From: a phage
Strand: one strand, 5' to 3'
Length of the DNA stretch: 64,000 nt
Sequence record: OZ346189.1
A program made the translations under genes and the position numbers. Below are positions 1 to 8,880 of the stretch, in pieces (within the stretch, counting starts at the first letter, position 1; every line of letters begins with the position of its first letter). The notes beneath the pieces were generated by a model that made no database searches, was not told the origin of the DNA, and was given only the letters and a program-made list of their open reading frames with translations.

Positions 1-175
1 CTTATCTGGAGCCCTGTGGGTGAAATGGTGGTACATTGCTTCTGGCAAGCTTCTAAAATGATGGGAGTCCCGTTCCAGATCACAGGTGAATACTTGTGTG
101 GTCGTAATTGGGGTAATTGTCACTAATGTAAACTATCAACACATGGAAGTGTTGTTGAGCAAAGAGGAGACTTTT

Positions 176-460
176 ATGGTAGTAGAACCAACAAAAACAT
201 TTACATCCATGACTATCCCTGTTATTATGCAGGTGGAGTGTGTTCAGGTATCTCAAGTGTGGCCTGGCACCAAAATCCCAACAGGGCCTGATTTCTTTCA
301 GGTTGGGAAAGTGTACAATGTCTGGAAGGCACCAGATTGTTACCCTTTCATTAAAGATGACCGTGGGATGCTGTGGTATCTTGGAAATGACTTGACACTG
401 CACCTTGGGAATGCTATTATTGCAGTATTCAGACTTAACAAGAAGGAGACCGATCAATGA
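176..460 (+). CDS. hypothetical protein
   Basis: ORF track 86..460 (GTG); internal ATG at 176 preceded by AAAGAGGAG RBS; stop overlaps next start (ATGA). Confidence 0.4.
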   Translation: MVVEPTKTFTSMTIPVIMQVECVQVSQVWPGTKIPTGPDFFQVGKVYNVWKAPDCYPFIKDDRGMLWYLGNDLTLHLGNAIIAVFRLNKKETDQ

Positions 461-684
461 CGACTTTGGTTAAAGCCACCTTTGTAGAAGAAAAGATGAC
501 AGACATGTCATTCTTTAAAGAAGGAAAGACCTACGAGGTTTATTCCGATAAAGCTCGTGCAAACAAAATGATTAAAGACGAGGAAGGGGTTGACTGGTAT
601 ATCTCTCACCTGGCAAACGGTGAGTATCATATCTACGGAACCACTTTGCTTGCCAAGTTTGTAGTTGTTGAAGAGGACCTATGA
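457..684 (+). CDS. hypothetical protein
   Basis: ORF with RBS, translationally coupled to neighbours. Confidence 0.5.
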   Translation: MTTLVKATFVEEKMTDMSFFKEGKTYEVYSDKARANKMIKDEEGVDWYISHLANGEYHIYGTTLLAKFVVVEEDL

Positions 685-875
685 AAGTAAAGTATCTTGC
701 TGAAGGTATGAATAGGTATTTTACCCTTGGTGAAGAATATTGGCCCTTTACAAACAACGGCGATGTCTACGTGAAAGATAATTTCGGCACGCCGTGGTTT
801 CTGCACTCTAATGGGCTGGGATACTCCATTTACTGCGGTGCAGTGAACAACACAACTCTTGCAGAGTTCGTTTAG
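681..875 (+). CDS. hypothetical protein
   Basis: ORF, start overlaps previous stop. Confidence 0.45.
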   Translation: MKVKYLAEGMNRYFTLGEEYWPFTNNGDVYVKDNFGTPWFLHSNGLGYSIYCGAVNNTTLAEFV

Positions 876-885
876 AGGAGGTAGG

Positions 886-1257
886 ATGTTAGTAAAAGGT
901 ACCCACACAGTCAAACAACGTATTGAAGTTGAGATTGATGATTGTGAGCTGAAGCATATTTTACGGTCATGCTCCAACGTTTTGCTCCTTAGTATTCTTC
1001 AGGAGCGAGCGGAGAACGAGTTCTTAAATGCATTGGCAGGCCGTCCCGGTGACTTCTGTGTGCGTAAGCGTGGTGACAACAAGTCGTGGTTGTGGGAGAT
1101 CGATGCCGACTGGGATTACCACAAAAATGAGGGTATAGATGAGCCTATTCGTGAACTGACGGACAAAGAGATTCAGATGTACAATGAAGTTTGTCATTGG
1201 GCAACACGCCAACAAATTTACCTAGACCCTGTGTGGCTGATTGAAAATAGTCGTTGA
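886..1257 (+). CDS. hypothetical protein
   Basis: ATG at 886 after GAGGAGG RBS (track ORF 859..1257). Confidence 0.5.
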   Translation: MLVKGTHTVKQRIEVEIDDCELKHILRSCSNVLLLSILQERAENEFLNALAGRPGDFCVRKRGDNKSWLWEIDADWDYHKNEGIDEPIRELTDKEIQMYNEVCHWATRQQIYLDPVWLIENSR

Positions 1258-1282
1258 CAAGAAGTAAGGTTAGATGTAAGAT
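1254..1282 (+). promoter_or_regulatory. sigma70-like promoter (TTGACA-17-TAAGAT)
   Basis: -35/-10 hexamers with 17-nt spacer upstream of ORF 1334. Confidence 0.45.
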
Positions 1283-1333
1283 ACTCCTCACAAACAGAGT
1301 ATTGATTGTTAAATAATTAAGGAGACCTCTAAG

Positions 1334-1588
1334 ATGAAAATCATGTTGAAACCAGAATGCGTTGCAAACGACCGAGCTTTTAAAGATTGCACACTTGGCG
1401 CTACTTATGAAGCAGAGTTTTGTGAGAACCCTTTGGTAAAAGCCCTTTTGGAAGAAGGGGCCCCTCTATCACAAGAAGAGCTTGATGAGCTGGAAAACTC
1501 AGCACAGTGCCTTACCTTTAAAGATGATGAAGGAGACTCTGTCTGGTGCACTGTTAACGAAGTAGTTTTTGTAAAAACTGAACATTAA
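1334..1588 (+). CDS. hypothetical protein (paralog of 1652..1912)
   Basis: ORF with AAGGAGA RBS; shares KP-x-AF(K/R)DCT and DD(E/N)GD-x-V(W/F)CT motifs with next gene. Confidence 0.5.
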   Translation: MKIMLKPECVANDRAFKDCTLGATYEAEFCENPLVKALLEEGAPLSQEELDELENSAQCLTFKDDEGDSVWCTVNEVVFVKTEH

Positions 1589-1591
1589 TAC

Positions 1592-1620
1592 TTGACAACA
1601 GCGATAGGACCTAATACAAT
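1592..1620 (+). promoter_or_regulatory. sigma70-like promoter (TTGACA-17-TACAAT)
   Basis: consensus-like hexamers upstream of ORF 1652. Confidence 0.45.
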
Positions 1621-1651
1621 GGTCCTATCAAAACGAAAGGGGACCACAGCA

Positions 1652-1912
1652 ATGACCAAACAATATCAACGAATTAAAGCCAAGGTTAAGCCAGACTATC
1701 TAGAGAAGGACTCTGCTTTTCGGGACTGCACAGCTGACAAAGTTTACACAGGGGCCGTCCTGTTGAACGATAAACTTGAAGTAGATGTGCTGGGTAAAGA
1801 GGCCGTTATCGAGGATGACAACGGTGACTGTGTTTTCTGCACCACACGAGAGCTAGAAGTCTTAGAATATTTCGGTGAAATCTTCAACTCCTTAGACGAC
1901 GAGGAAGCGTGA
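1652..1912 (+). CDS. hypothetical protein (paralog of 1334..1588)
   Basis: ATG at 1652 after AAAGGGGA RBS and its own promoter (track ORF 1592..1912). Confidence 0.5.
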   Translation: MTKQYQRIKAKVKPDYLEKDSAFRDCTADKVYTGAVLLNDKLEVDVLGKEAVIEDDNGDCVFCTTRELEVLEYFGEIFNSLDDEEA

Positions 1913-2301
1913 TGAAAAATATTTGGGATATCGATATCTTTGAAGCCTCTAAGCTTGACGGTGCTGATGGAGTGATTATGGTGTCTGATGGCAAGGCAAC
2001 ACTAACTTCCGGAGATATCATCTATGCCTTGGACGAGCTGGCGCTTCTGAAATCTACCGGTAACACTTTGGAGGAGCGTCTTCAAGGATTCGCTTTCAAA
2101 GAAGGTACAAATACAGCCATGATGTGCACCACACGGACAGTTCAGGTTGGTAACGGTGTCTATATGATTATTGCTGTGTGTCCTAAATTCAGCAACGTCA
2201 ACAAAGATGATGCTGACGCGGTCAACGATGTGGTTGTTCTCTTCGTGGGTGACGCTATGGCAGATCTGATGAATGCAGGAGAAGCAGCAAATGAAGACTG
2301 A
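1909..2301 (+). CDS. hypothetical protein
   Basis: ORF, start overlaps previous stop. Confidence 0.45.
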   Translation: MMKNIWDIDIFEASKLDGADGVIMVSDGKATLTSGDIIYALDELALLKSTGNTLEERLQGFAFKEGTNTAMMCTTRTVQVGNGVYMIIAVCPKFSNVNKDDADAVNDVVVLFVGDAMADLMNAGEAANED

Positions 2302-2593
2302 AAACATCACCCCAGCAGGGTTCTTAAAAGTATACCGTGAACTGCTATATACTACAGAGGACAGTGTTCTAGAGTATCCAGAATATCTTTTGCTGTATAA
2401 GTATCTGCAGGAGGCTGGTGAAAATCTGCCAGTTAGTGCAGAAGGTGGTCCAAACTGGATATACAGCGCATGGAGAAAGGTTGACATTCTCCCAGACCCA
2501 GGTAAAGATATGGTAGTTTGGCAGCTTATCAACAACATCGGGATTCCAATCTTTGATGAAGCTGTTAAAATCTATTTTGAACTTGACGATTAA
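2291..2593 (+). CDS. hypothetical protein
   Basis: ATG at 2291 after GGAGAAG RBS (track ORF 2273..2593). Confidence 0.45.
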   Translation: MKTENITPAGFLKVYRELLYTTEDSVLEYPEYLLLYKYLQEAGENLPVSAEGGPNWIYSAWRKVDILPDPGKDMVVWQLINNIGIPIFDEAVKIYFELDD

Positions 2594-2610
2594 TATCAGG
2601 AGACCTTAAG

Positions 2611-2856
2611 ATGACTGAAGCAGTTGCTCGCGCAGGACAGAAAGTACGTTGTGTTGAAGTAGGTTTTGGTGGCAAAGGGTGTCAAAACTTGACTCAAGGC
2701 AAGGAATATGCTGTTATCTCTGGTGGTGGCGACGAAAGTATTGTGTTCGAGGGCCACATCCTGGATGCTGAAAACTTTGAAATCTTTGACGACGATGGGG
2801 ATCCGATCACCTGCCTGCTGGACGGGAATTGGGGAACTTTCGAAGTGATTGGCTAA
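2611..2856 (+). CDS. hypothetical protein
   Basis: ORF with CAGGAGA RBS. Confidence 0.5.
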   Translation: MTEAVARAGQKVRCVEVGFGGKGCQNLTQGKEYAVISGGGDESIVFEGHILDAENFEIFDDDGDPITCLLDGNWGTFEVIG

Positions 2857-2939
2857 CAAATACCTATTGTAATTTACAGAAGGGGATGCTAAAATAGTGT
2901 CTCCTTCTATGTTGTTCAAATAAAATCGGAGATTCCATA

Positions 2940-3308
2940 ATGGAACAAATGAACGATCAAGAGTCGGTTGCGATGAACGAGCAAGAACAACCTCAAGAAT
3001 TTTTCTTAGGGTTAAGTAAAGATCAAGTGTCTCTTTTGCTAGTGCTTTCTTCTTTCATGGGAAGACTTCAGGAGCTCACACAACAACCGGAGGCTGAACA
3101 ATTATTTCAGGCTCTGCGTGAAGAAGAAAAATATCGTCGTTTGGACTATGCCTTAGGTTGGGTAGCTCAACAACGAGATATGCTGATGGCCCTCTCTGGG
3201 ACCACAAGTTTTGCAATGGGCCTGTTGGCTCAAGTTCAGGACAAATTAATTCAAGCAGGGTTTGCACACACGGCAAACACTAACGAAGAACAAGGAGACA
3301 AAGAATGA
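2940..3308 (+). CDS. hypothetical protein
   Basis: ORF with GGAGA RBS. Confidence 0.5.
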   Translation: MEQMNDQESVAMNEQEQPQEFFLGLSKDQVSLLLVLSSFMGRLQELTQQPEAEQLFQALREEEKYRRLDYALGWVAQQRDMLMALSGTTSFAMGLLAQVQDKLIQAGFAHTANTNEEQGDKE

Positions 3309-4531
3309 GCGTTATTCAACAATTCGCTAACCCGATGAATCCGCGTGAAACTGTTTTACTGGCTCACGGCATGATTAAACGCGTCAGCATCAAGCCTATC
3401 AAAGGTGCTGATCCTACAACAGGTATTAAAACCACTGTGTGGCAAGGTAAGAAAATTGAATCCAGCCACACCATCTCTTTACTGATTTCTGAACTGGATT
3501 CCTCTGATAACCTACTTCAAGGTGGTGAAGAAGTTTGGATCAGTATGGGCGATAAGCTGCTTAAACCGGGTCATCAAGACTCTGTCTCTGTTAAAATTGA
3601 TGACAAGTGGGAAACCGTAACGCCAGGATGGATCGTAAATATCCCTTTGAAGGCAAACGAGCATAACGGTAAGACCTACTACAAAGGCTCACTGGCTAAG
3701 ATGGTTAAGCTGGGTGCAGGAGAGGCTCCAGCAGCGACTCAGCAGCAAAAACAGCAACAAGGTGCACAATCACAAGGCCAGAAGCAGAAACCTCAGCAGA
3801 ATGCCAATCAGGACGTTTTACGCATCTATGGTGATGTGACTCAGATTGTTGGCAACGTGGTTACTGTAAATGACCACAAGATTGGCGAAGGTGCTATGGT
3901 TGTAACTGATGAGCAGCTTAAAGACCTGGTGGTAGGTGGTCGTGTTGCAGCCATTGTTGACAAAGACACTGGAAACATTATCAGTGGTTTCAAGGCCTAT
4001 CCTCCTAAGGCAGAGAACGGCACTCAAGGCTCCGGTGGCAAGCGTAAATCCTCTTACGACCCTATCGGTGTGGAAACGGGGCATAGCATCAATGCGTTGC
4101 AGATCATCCTGGATCGCGGGTTTAAGGTAGACGACCCACTGGGCGTGGCTAAAACACTGCACGTAGTCACCATTGAGCTTAAGAAAGAGTATGCTCAAGC
4201 CACCAACCGAACTGAAGATGAAGTAGGTGCCAGTGTCGGTAATGCGGTGTTGAACGCTTGTCGCCGTATTGACAAGAAAACGAAAGTTGATGATTTTGCA
4301 GCGGCAATTACTGCAGAAGCAAAAGATGTCTTGACTAATCTGGCTGAGCCGTTGTACGATTGGATCAAGAACGGTGCTGGGTCAACTGACCATCAAGAAC
4401 CTCAGGCTGCCAAACAGGAAGCAGCTCCACAGCAAAACACTGTAGACGCTCCTCCTGTAAATGATGGGGAAGATGACCCGATGGATCAGAATCCAGCACA
4501 GTACGCCTTTGATGATGACATCCCTTTTTAA
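3305..4531 (+). CDS. ssb: single-stranded DNA-binding protein with acidic C-terminal tail
   Basis: 408 aa; C-terminus ends DDDIPF (the E. coli SSB protein-interaction tail); Q/G-rich linker; RBS GGAGACAAAGA. Confidence 0.65.
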   Translation: MSVIQQFANPMNPRETVLLAHGMIKRVSIKPIKGADPTTGIKTTVWQGKKIESSHTISLLISELDSSDNLLQGGEEVWISMGDKLLKPGHQDSVSVKIDDKWETVTPGWIVNIPLKANEHNGKTYYKGSLAKMVKLGAGEAPAATQQQKQQQGAQSQGQKQKPQQNANQDVLRIYGDVTQIVGNVVTVNDHKIGEGAMVVTDEQLKDLVVGGRVAAIVDKDTGNIISGFKAYPPKAENGTQGSGGKRKSSYDPIGVETGHSINALQIILDRGFKVDDPLGVAKTLHVVTIELKKEYAQATNRTEDEVGASVGNAVLNACRRIDKKTKVDDFAAAITAEAKDVLTNLAEPLYDWIKNGAGSTDHQEPQAAKQEAAPQQNTVDAPPVNDGEDDPMDQNPAQYAFDDDIPF

Positions 4532-4545
4532 CAATTAGTTAACAT

Positions 4546-4575
4546 AGCCCTGCCCGAAAGGGTGGGGCATTTTTG
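4546..4575 (+). terminator. rho-independent terminator
   Basis: GC-rich hairpin (agccctgccc-gaaa-gggtggggc) followed by a T run. Confidence 0.6.
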
Positions 4576-4593
4576 TATAAGGAGATCTGAAAA

Positions 4594-5010
4594 ATGACAT
4601 TAGAAGATATCATTGTTAAACCTGAGAACTATGACCAATACAACCTGTCAACTCAATCTGTAGACCTTGGATGCGCCACAGTTAGTGCGTGGCTGGTTAA
4701 TGGAAAAGAGCTGGACAAGTGCTTAGAAGCTCACATGTCTGTTAACAAGTTTCTGGATGAAAATACTCACTGGCTTGAGGGTGCTGGAGTATATGCTTCA
4801 TGGTTGGAGAGCATGGGCTTTGACTATCAATCTGATGAAGGGTGGTGGAGCTATCTGGCTATCTGTCCAGAAACACTGCAATGCTTCATGAAATACTCTG
4901 AAGATCTTGAGTACCGAGCGGTGGTTGATAGTGCTATTGCCCGTTATAGCCGTAAACCTTTTTCCCATGACATTAAAACTGTGGAAGAATTTGTTGAAGT
5001 TTTCTGTTGA
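4594..5010 (+). CDS. hypothetical protein
   Basis: ORF with TAAGGAGA RBS. Confidence 0.5.
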   Translation: MTLEDIIVKPENYDQYNLSTQSVDLGCATVSAWLVNGKELDKCLEAHMSVNKFLDENTHWLEGAGVYASWLESMGFDYQSDEGWWSYLAICPETLQCFMKYSEDLEYRAVVDSAIARYSRKPFSHDIKTVEEFVEVFC

Positions 5011-5106
5011 CACAGGTTGAAAGGTGTGCAATTATAACTTCATAAAACGGGAGGACGCGATGAACGAAGAAAACTGGGATGTATAACTAACAGGAGACCA
5101 CTGCCC

Positions 5107-5304
5107 ATGATTTATCGAATCCGTGTAAGAGAAGATGCACCAGGCTGTTACTTTGACTGGCGTGGGTGGTGGTTTCTCCACCCAATGGATGGACTCACAG
5201 ATAGAATGCTGGATGCTGCCCTTTATACAGATACCGACATAGAATATAATCTCTATCTGAAGGACGGTATAGATAACGGTCTATTTGAAGCAATTCCTGT
5301 GTAA
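5107..5304 (+). CDS. hypothetical protein
   Basis: ORF with CAGGAGA RBS. Confidence 0.45.
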   Translation: MIYRIRVREDAPGCYFDWRGWWFLHPMDGLTDRMLDAALYTDTDIEYNLYLKDGIDNGLFEAIPV

Positions 5305-5372
5305 GAGACTGTGATAGCCATGTTTTATGATCTTCCTGTAGCACCACCACCTGTTGAACCTGGAGAACTAAG

Positions 5373-5792
5373 ATGATCTATGAAATGCCAAAACTGATTC
5401 GTGACGATGCCCAAAACCACACCATTATTATGGGTAAACGCATGAATATCCTTTGCCGTAACGATTTCTGTGGTGTAGAATACGTTGCAGACTACTTCGG
5501 TGAGAATGGTAAACACCCTGTTCAGTTCTTCCTTGACCATGAGGATAACATTATCTGGGAGTTTGAAACTGAAGATATCCGCAACCTCTTCATCTTCCTC
5601 GGTGTCAAGGTTAAGGCCAATTTCGCGGAAGGTGAGTGCGACGATTGTGGATTTTATGAGGTGACAGACTTCTATCTCCCGAGTGGCAAGAACATTTACT
5701 ATGAGAGTCACTTCGGAAACACCAACATGCCTCAAAGCTGGGAAGAATTTTTCAGTATCGTAGAAGAGGAGCTGGCATACCGTGATTATTGA
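5373..5792 (+). CDS. hypothetical protein
   Basis: ORF with CTGGAGA RBS. Confidence 0.5.
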   Translation: MIYEMPKLIRDDAQNHTIIMGKRMNILCRNDFCGVEYVADYFGENGKHPVQFFLDHEDNIIWEFETEDIRNLFIFLGVKVKANFAEGECDDCGFYEVTDFYLPSGKNIYYESHFGNTNMPQSWEEFFSIVEEELAYRDY

Positions 5793-6240
5793 TACTGTAA
5801 AGGGAGATTTAATCTCCCTTTTTAAGAGCGGTGCTGGTCACCTAATCCACGGTTGTAACTGCTTCCACACAATGGGTAAGGGCATAGCAAAACAGATTGC
5901 CCGTGAGTTTCCTCAAGCATTGTCAGCCGACAAAGAGACCAGACACGGTTGCCTAAGTAAACTGGGTGCGTTCTCCCGATGGGAGCACTTATCTCCGAGA
6001 GGTATTGTCTACGGAATCAATCTGTATACTCAGTTCTACCCAGGGCCTAATGCTGAATATTTCTCAATCCTGAAAGGCTTTGAGCTAGTCAATGAGGTAT
6101 TCGAGGGATCGACTTTACCATTCTACATCCCTAAGATCGGATGCGGCATAGGCGGTTTGAAGTGGGAGCACGTAGAGGACGTTATTAACCTCGCCACTTT
6201 TGATATAGATATTATCGTGGTGGAGTACAAAGAGTGTTGA
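5782..6240 (+). CDS. macro-domain protein (TARG1/DarG-like ADP-ribose-processing fold)
   Basis: motif HGCNCFHTMGKGIAKQIAREFP resembles the TARG1/OARD1-type macro-domain signature (HC..DC.MGAGIA..F); GTG start with GAGGAG RBS. Confidence 0.5.
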   Translation: MIIDTVKGDLISLFKSGAGHLIHGCNCFHTMGKGIAKQIAREFPQALSADKETRHGCLSKLGAFSRWEHLSPRGIVYGINLYTQFYPGPNAEYFSILKGFELVNEVFEGSTLPFYIPKIGCGIGGLKWEHVEDVINLATFDIDIIVVEYKEC

Positions 6241-6266
6241 CAGCTGACTTTTGAGATGGTATAGTC
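6238..6266 (+). promoter_or_regulatory. sigma70-like promoter (TTGACA-17-TATAGT)
   Basis: hexamers upstream of ORF 6297. Confidence 0.45.
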
Positions 6267-6296
6267 ACCACAACGATTGAGAGAGGGAGCACCACT

Positions 6297-6497
6297 ATGG
6301 AGACTAAAATCTTAATTCTGGCTGTGATAGATACGACCGAAGGGGCCGTGTTCGAATCTGCAGGAGGGTATTTCTACCTGCCCTACGGAAAAATAACTTC
6401 CGAACCGAGTAAAGATTCAATCCTTAAAGTGTTCCCTTGTGCTTTCTGGCTGGAGATTCTGGTAGAAGATTGCAGAGGATTGGGGAGAGAATTATGA
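6297..6497 (+). CDS. hypothetical protein
   Basis: ORF with GAGGGAG RBS. Confidence 0.45.
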   Translation: METKILILAVIDTTEGAVFESAGGYFYLPYGKITSEPSKDSILKVFPCAFWLEILVEDCRGLGREL

Positions 6498-6688
6498 GAA
6501 ACAAGAAAGAGCTTTACTCTGGCGAGTGGATCAACGATCAACAGGTCGGAGAGGTAACCTGCTTCCGGTGTTTTACTCGGTACAATCTTAAAACTGCACC
6601 AAAAAGTGTTCCAAAGACTGACGGTTATTACATAAAAGAACCTCATTGCCCAAAATGTAAATGCCGATTGTACTGGAGCAATCTATAA
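6494..6688 (+). CDS. hypothetical zinc-ribbon protein
   Basis: ATG at 6494 after GGGGAGAG RBS; CxxC...CxxC pairs (CFRC, CPKC). Confidence 0.45.
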   Translation: MRNKKELYSGEWINDQQVGEVTCFRCFTRYNLKTAPKSVPKTDGYYIKEPHCPKCKCRLYWSNL

Positions 6689-6692
6689 GAGG

Positions 6693-6720
6693 TTGACATC
6701 TGAAAACTGCAGTGTATAGT
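6693..6720 (+). promoter_or_regulatory. sigma70-like promoter (TTGACA-16-TATAGT)
   Basis: hexamers upstream of ORF 6752. Confidence 0.45.
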
Positions 6721-6751
6721 ATACACATAAACTAACAGAGAGCGATGTATT

Positions 6752-6943
6752 ATGGTAATTTTTAACCGGGATGGTATCATAGTTAGACAGCACCCGTTCC
6801 TTGAATACTATCAAATTGAGCAATGGTGCTACGGGGATTGCAGTCACTCCTATGGGCAAAGTTGGGGATATCGTACAGTTTTTGAATCAACAGACCTTGA
6901 CAAAGTAAGACAGAAAGTTTTAGAACTTATTAACAACAAGTGA
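6752..6943 (+). CDS. hypothetical protein
   Basis: ORF. Confidence 0.4.
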   Translation: MVIFNRDGIIVRQHPFLEYYQIEQWCYGDCSHSYGQSWGYRTVFESTDLDKVRQKVLELINNK

Positions 6944-6952
6944 GTATGATAT

Positions 6953-7285
6953 ATGGTAACATTAGAAAGACGTAAAGCTATCGCCGCCACACTGGCAGAC
7001 ATCTTTTGGGATTGCAACTTAAAAGATACCAGAAATTGTGGCGCATCTGTAGATGTATTATTCCCACGGCCCACCATTGTTGCAATGGGAAACCTGTTAA
7101 ACGTAGTGTACGGAGCATGGGACAAAGAAGGTGGATTCTATATCTGGCAACCTGACTACAGAGCCTGGAAAGAGGTAAGGGGTGCGGTTGACTTTGGGCC
7201 TGCAAGTGCTAAGATGGATGGCTGGGAAATTTATGTTGGAAACGACATGAAGCTGAAAGGCGAGATTGTTTACTGGTTACCTTAA
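6953..7285 (+). CDS. hypothetical protein
   Basis: ORF. Confidence 0.45.
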   Translation: MVTLERRKAIAATLADIFWDCNLKDTRNCGASVDVLFPRPTIVAMGNLLNVVYGAWDKEGGFYIWQPDYRAWKEVRGAVDFGPASAKMDGWEIYVGNDMKLKGEIVYWLP

Positions 7286-7305
7286 GAGAATGCAGGAGAT
7301 AAAGT

Positions 7306-7551
7306 ATGAACAAAGGGTGGACATTTGTAGACGGCGTTGAAAACATGCCTCTAGGAAAGTATATTGTAGCCATGGCAGATGAGAATGGCAAGGTTGATTT
7401 CGGAGCTTGCGAGGTTGTTCTTGCAGGATCTGGTGACTATGCTCACAAAACTGGGATAATTAACGGTCATTTCTACTTTGATTACAACCCTGTTGTGGCG
7501 TATATGGCTATGCCAGAGTTCGAGCTCCCAAAGGAGGGTGCGGATGTTTAA
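7306..7551 (+). CDS. hypothetical protein
   Basis: ORF with CAGGAGA RBS. Confidence 0.45.
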   Translation: MNKGWTFVDGVENMPLGKYIVAMADENGKVDFGACEVVLAGSGDYAHKTGIINGHFYFDYNPVVAYMAMPEFELPKEGADV

Positions 7552-7741
7552 GCTTAAATCTGCATGGAACATCGCTGTGGGGGACGAGATCCGCATCCCA
7601 GGTGGAAAGACCATTATGAAGATATCTCGTATCGAGTACGAAGGTGATCGTGTATTTCATATCTTTGCAGAAGATGGTCGAGAAATTTATATACAGGCAG
7701 GCTCTCACATCTATATTCGTAAGAAAGGGGACGACAAATGA
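7544..7741 (+). CDS. hypothetical protein
   Basis: ATG at 7544 after AAGGAGGG RBS (track ORF 7478..7741). Confidence 0.45.
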   Translation: MFKLKSAWNIAVGDEIRIPGGKTIMKISRIEYEGDRVFHIFAEDGREIYIQAGSHIYIRKKGDDK

Positions 7742-8067
7742 CAGAGATCATCATTTCAACTGCAGGGTATGTGTTCCTGACAATCATTGCACTGACCATT
7801 TTGGTGGTGGTATATGGAATTGTTATTCTCCCTATTCTTGAGACAATTAGTTTGTGTCGGTGTTGGAGAAAGGCTTACGGTCCACAGCCGTGGAAGGACT
7901 GGCCCCACCTGGTGCACATAGCGTTCTCTTATGCTTATGATCACGCCAGCAGTGCATGCATAACCGGGTATCACGCCCACAACTGGAGCTGGGAAGGGTT
8001 GAGGAAATGGAATGTTACAAAGACCATACCTCTGCGCATGTACAAACCTAAAAACAAAGACAGCTGA
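7738..8067 (+). CDS. hypothetical membrane protein
   Basis: hydrophobic N-terminal segment; start overlaps previous stop. Confidence 0.45.
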   Translation: MTEIIISTAGYVFLTIIALTILVVVYGIVILPILETISLCRCWRKAYGPQPWKDWPHLVHIAFSYAYDHASSACITGYHAHNWSWEGLRKWNVTKTIPLRMYKPKNKDS

Positions 8068-8099
8068 TACTTGAAAATCCCTGGCATATCAAGTGTAAG

Positions 8100-8600
8100 G
8101 AGGATTTCTAAAATGGATTTCCTCCTTTTGATATTTCACCGGGCCAGATATTTTAAAATTCTTAGAAAATCAGAAAATGGATCGAAAACTAAAATGGATT
8201 TTTCAAGACAGGCACGATAAGATGTGCTGCTCATTCTATCGTTCGCACCGTACTTTAAGTCACTATTCCAGATTTTTCCGCACATACTCTCACCCTTCTA
8301 CCAGAACTTTCCCAGCTTACCTCTGACCTTTTATAACAATAAGTCCATTATTATCAGAAAGTTTCGGCACATCTCTTTCGGTACTCGATCTGTTTTTCAT
8401 TTCAAAGACCTGATTTTCTGAAAATTTTTCTCGATAAATTTCTTAGTACTCGATCTGTTTTTCGTTTTCTGAATCGGATTTTCTGGAAATCGTTCCAGCC
8501 CTCGACCTGAAATTTTTGGGGACGAAATCGATTTTTCGTTTTCAGAAATGGATTTTTAAAATTTCTATATGGGAATATTTTATGGGATACTGTTTTATAG
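8100..8600. repeat. iteron-rich AT-rich non-coding region
   Basis: repeated short motifs (aaatggattt x4, tactcgatctgtttttc x2, cgatttttcgttttc) with no convincing ORF. Confidence 0.5.
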
Positions 8601-8617
8601 GAAATTGTTACGGAGGG

Positions 8618-8635
8618 TAATTAGCATGCTAATTA
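8618..8635. promoter_or_regulatory. perfect 18-bp palindrome TAATTAGCATGCTAATTA
   Basis: perfect inverted repeat seen directly; operator-like. Confidence 0.4.
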
Positions 8636-8671
8636 AATTTATTAAATGCGAGGAGTTCTCATTTAGAATTT

Positions 8672-8745
8672 TGAATGATAATCATTCTCGTTTGCAGAAT
8701 AACGGGCAGGCCCGGTGATTGTCTCCCGGCCCCTGTTGCCCCGGC
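8672..8745 (+). repeat. repeat element R1 (core GGCAGGCCCGGTGATTGTCTCCC at 8705..8727)
   Basis: related direct copy R2 at 8803..8880; inverted copy of the core at 18492..18514 (22/23 nt identical). Confidence 0.55.
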
Positions 8746-8802
8746 TTGTTATTATAGTATCACACAGGACAAAGAAAGCAAGGATTTTTTGCATAAATTT
8801 TT

Positions 8803-8880
8803 AAATGATAATGATAACCGTTCTCATTTTATGCAGCGCCCATCCCCGGTGGTTGTCTCCCCCGTCACCGGTGCCTGCCG
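8803..8880 (+). repeat. repeat element R2 (R1-like)
   Basis: shares AATGATAAT...TCTC.TTT...CCGGTG.TTGTCTCCC with R1. Confidence 0.5.

Noticed and set aside
3818-4198. 126-aa antisense ORF within the SSB gene
   Set aside because: Antisense to a well-supported gene; no start signals.
8100-8600. Possible CRISPR array
   Set aside because: The repeats are short, irregularly spaced and heterogeneous, not the regular 28-37-bp repeat and spacer periodicity of CRISPR.
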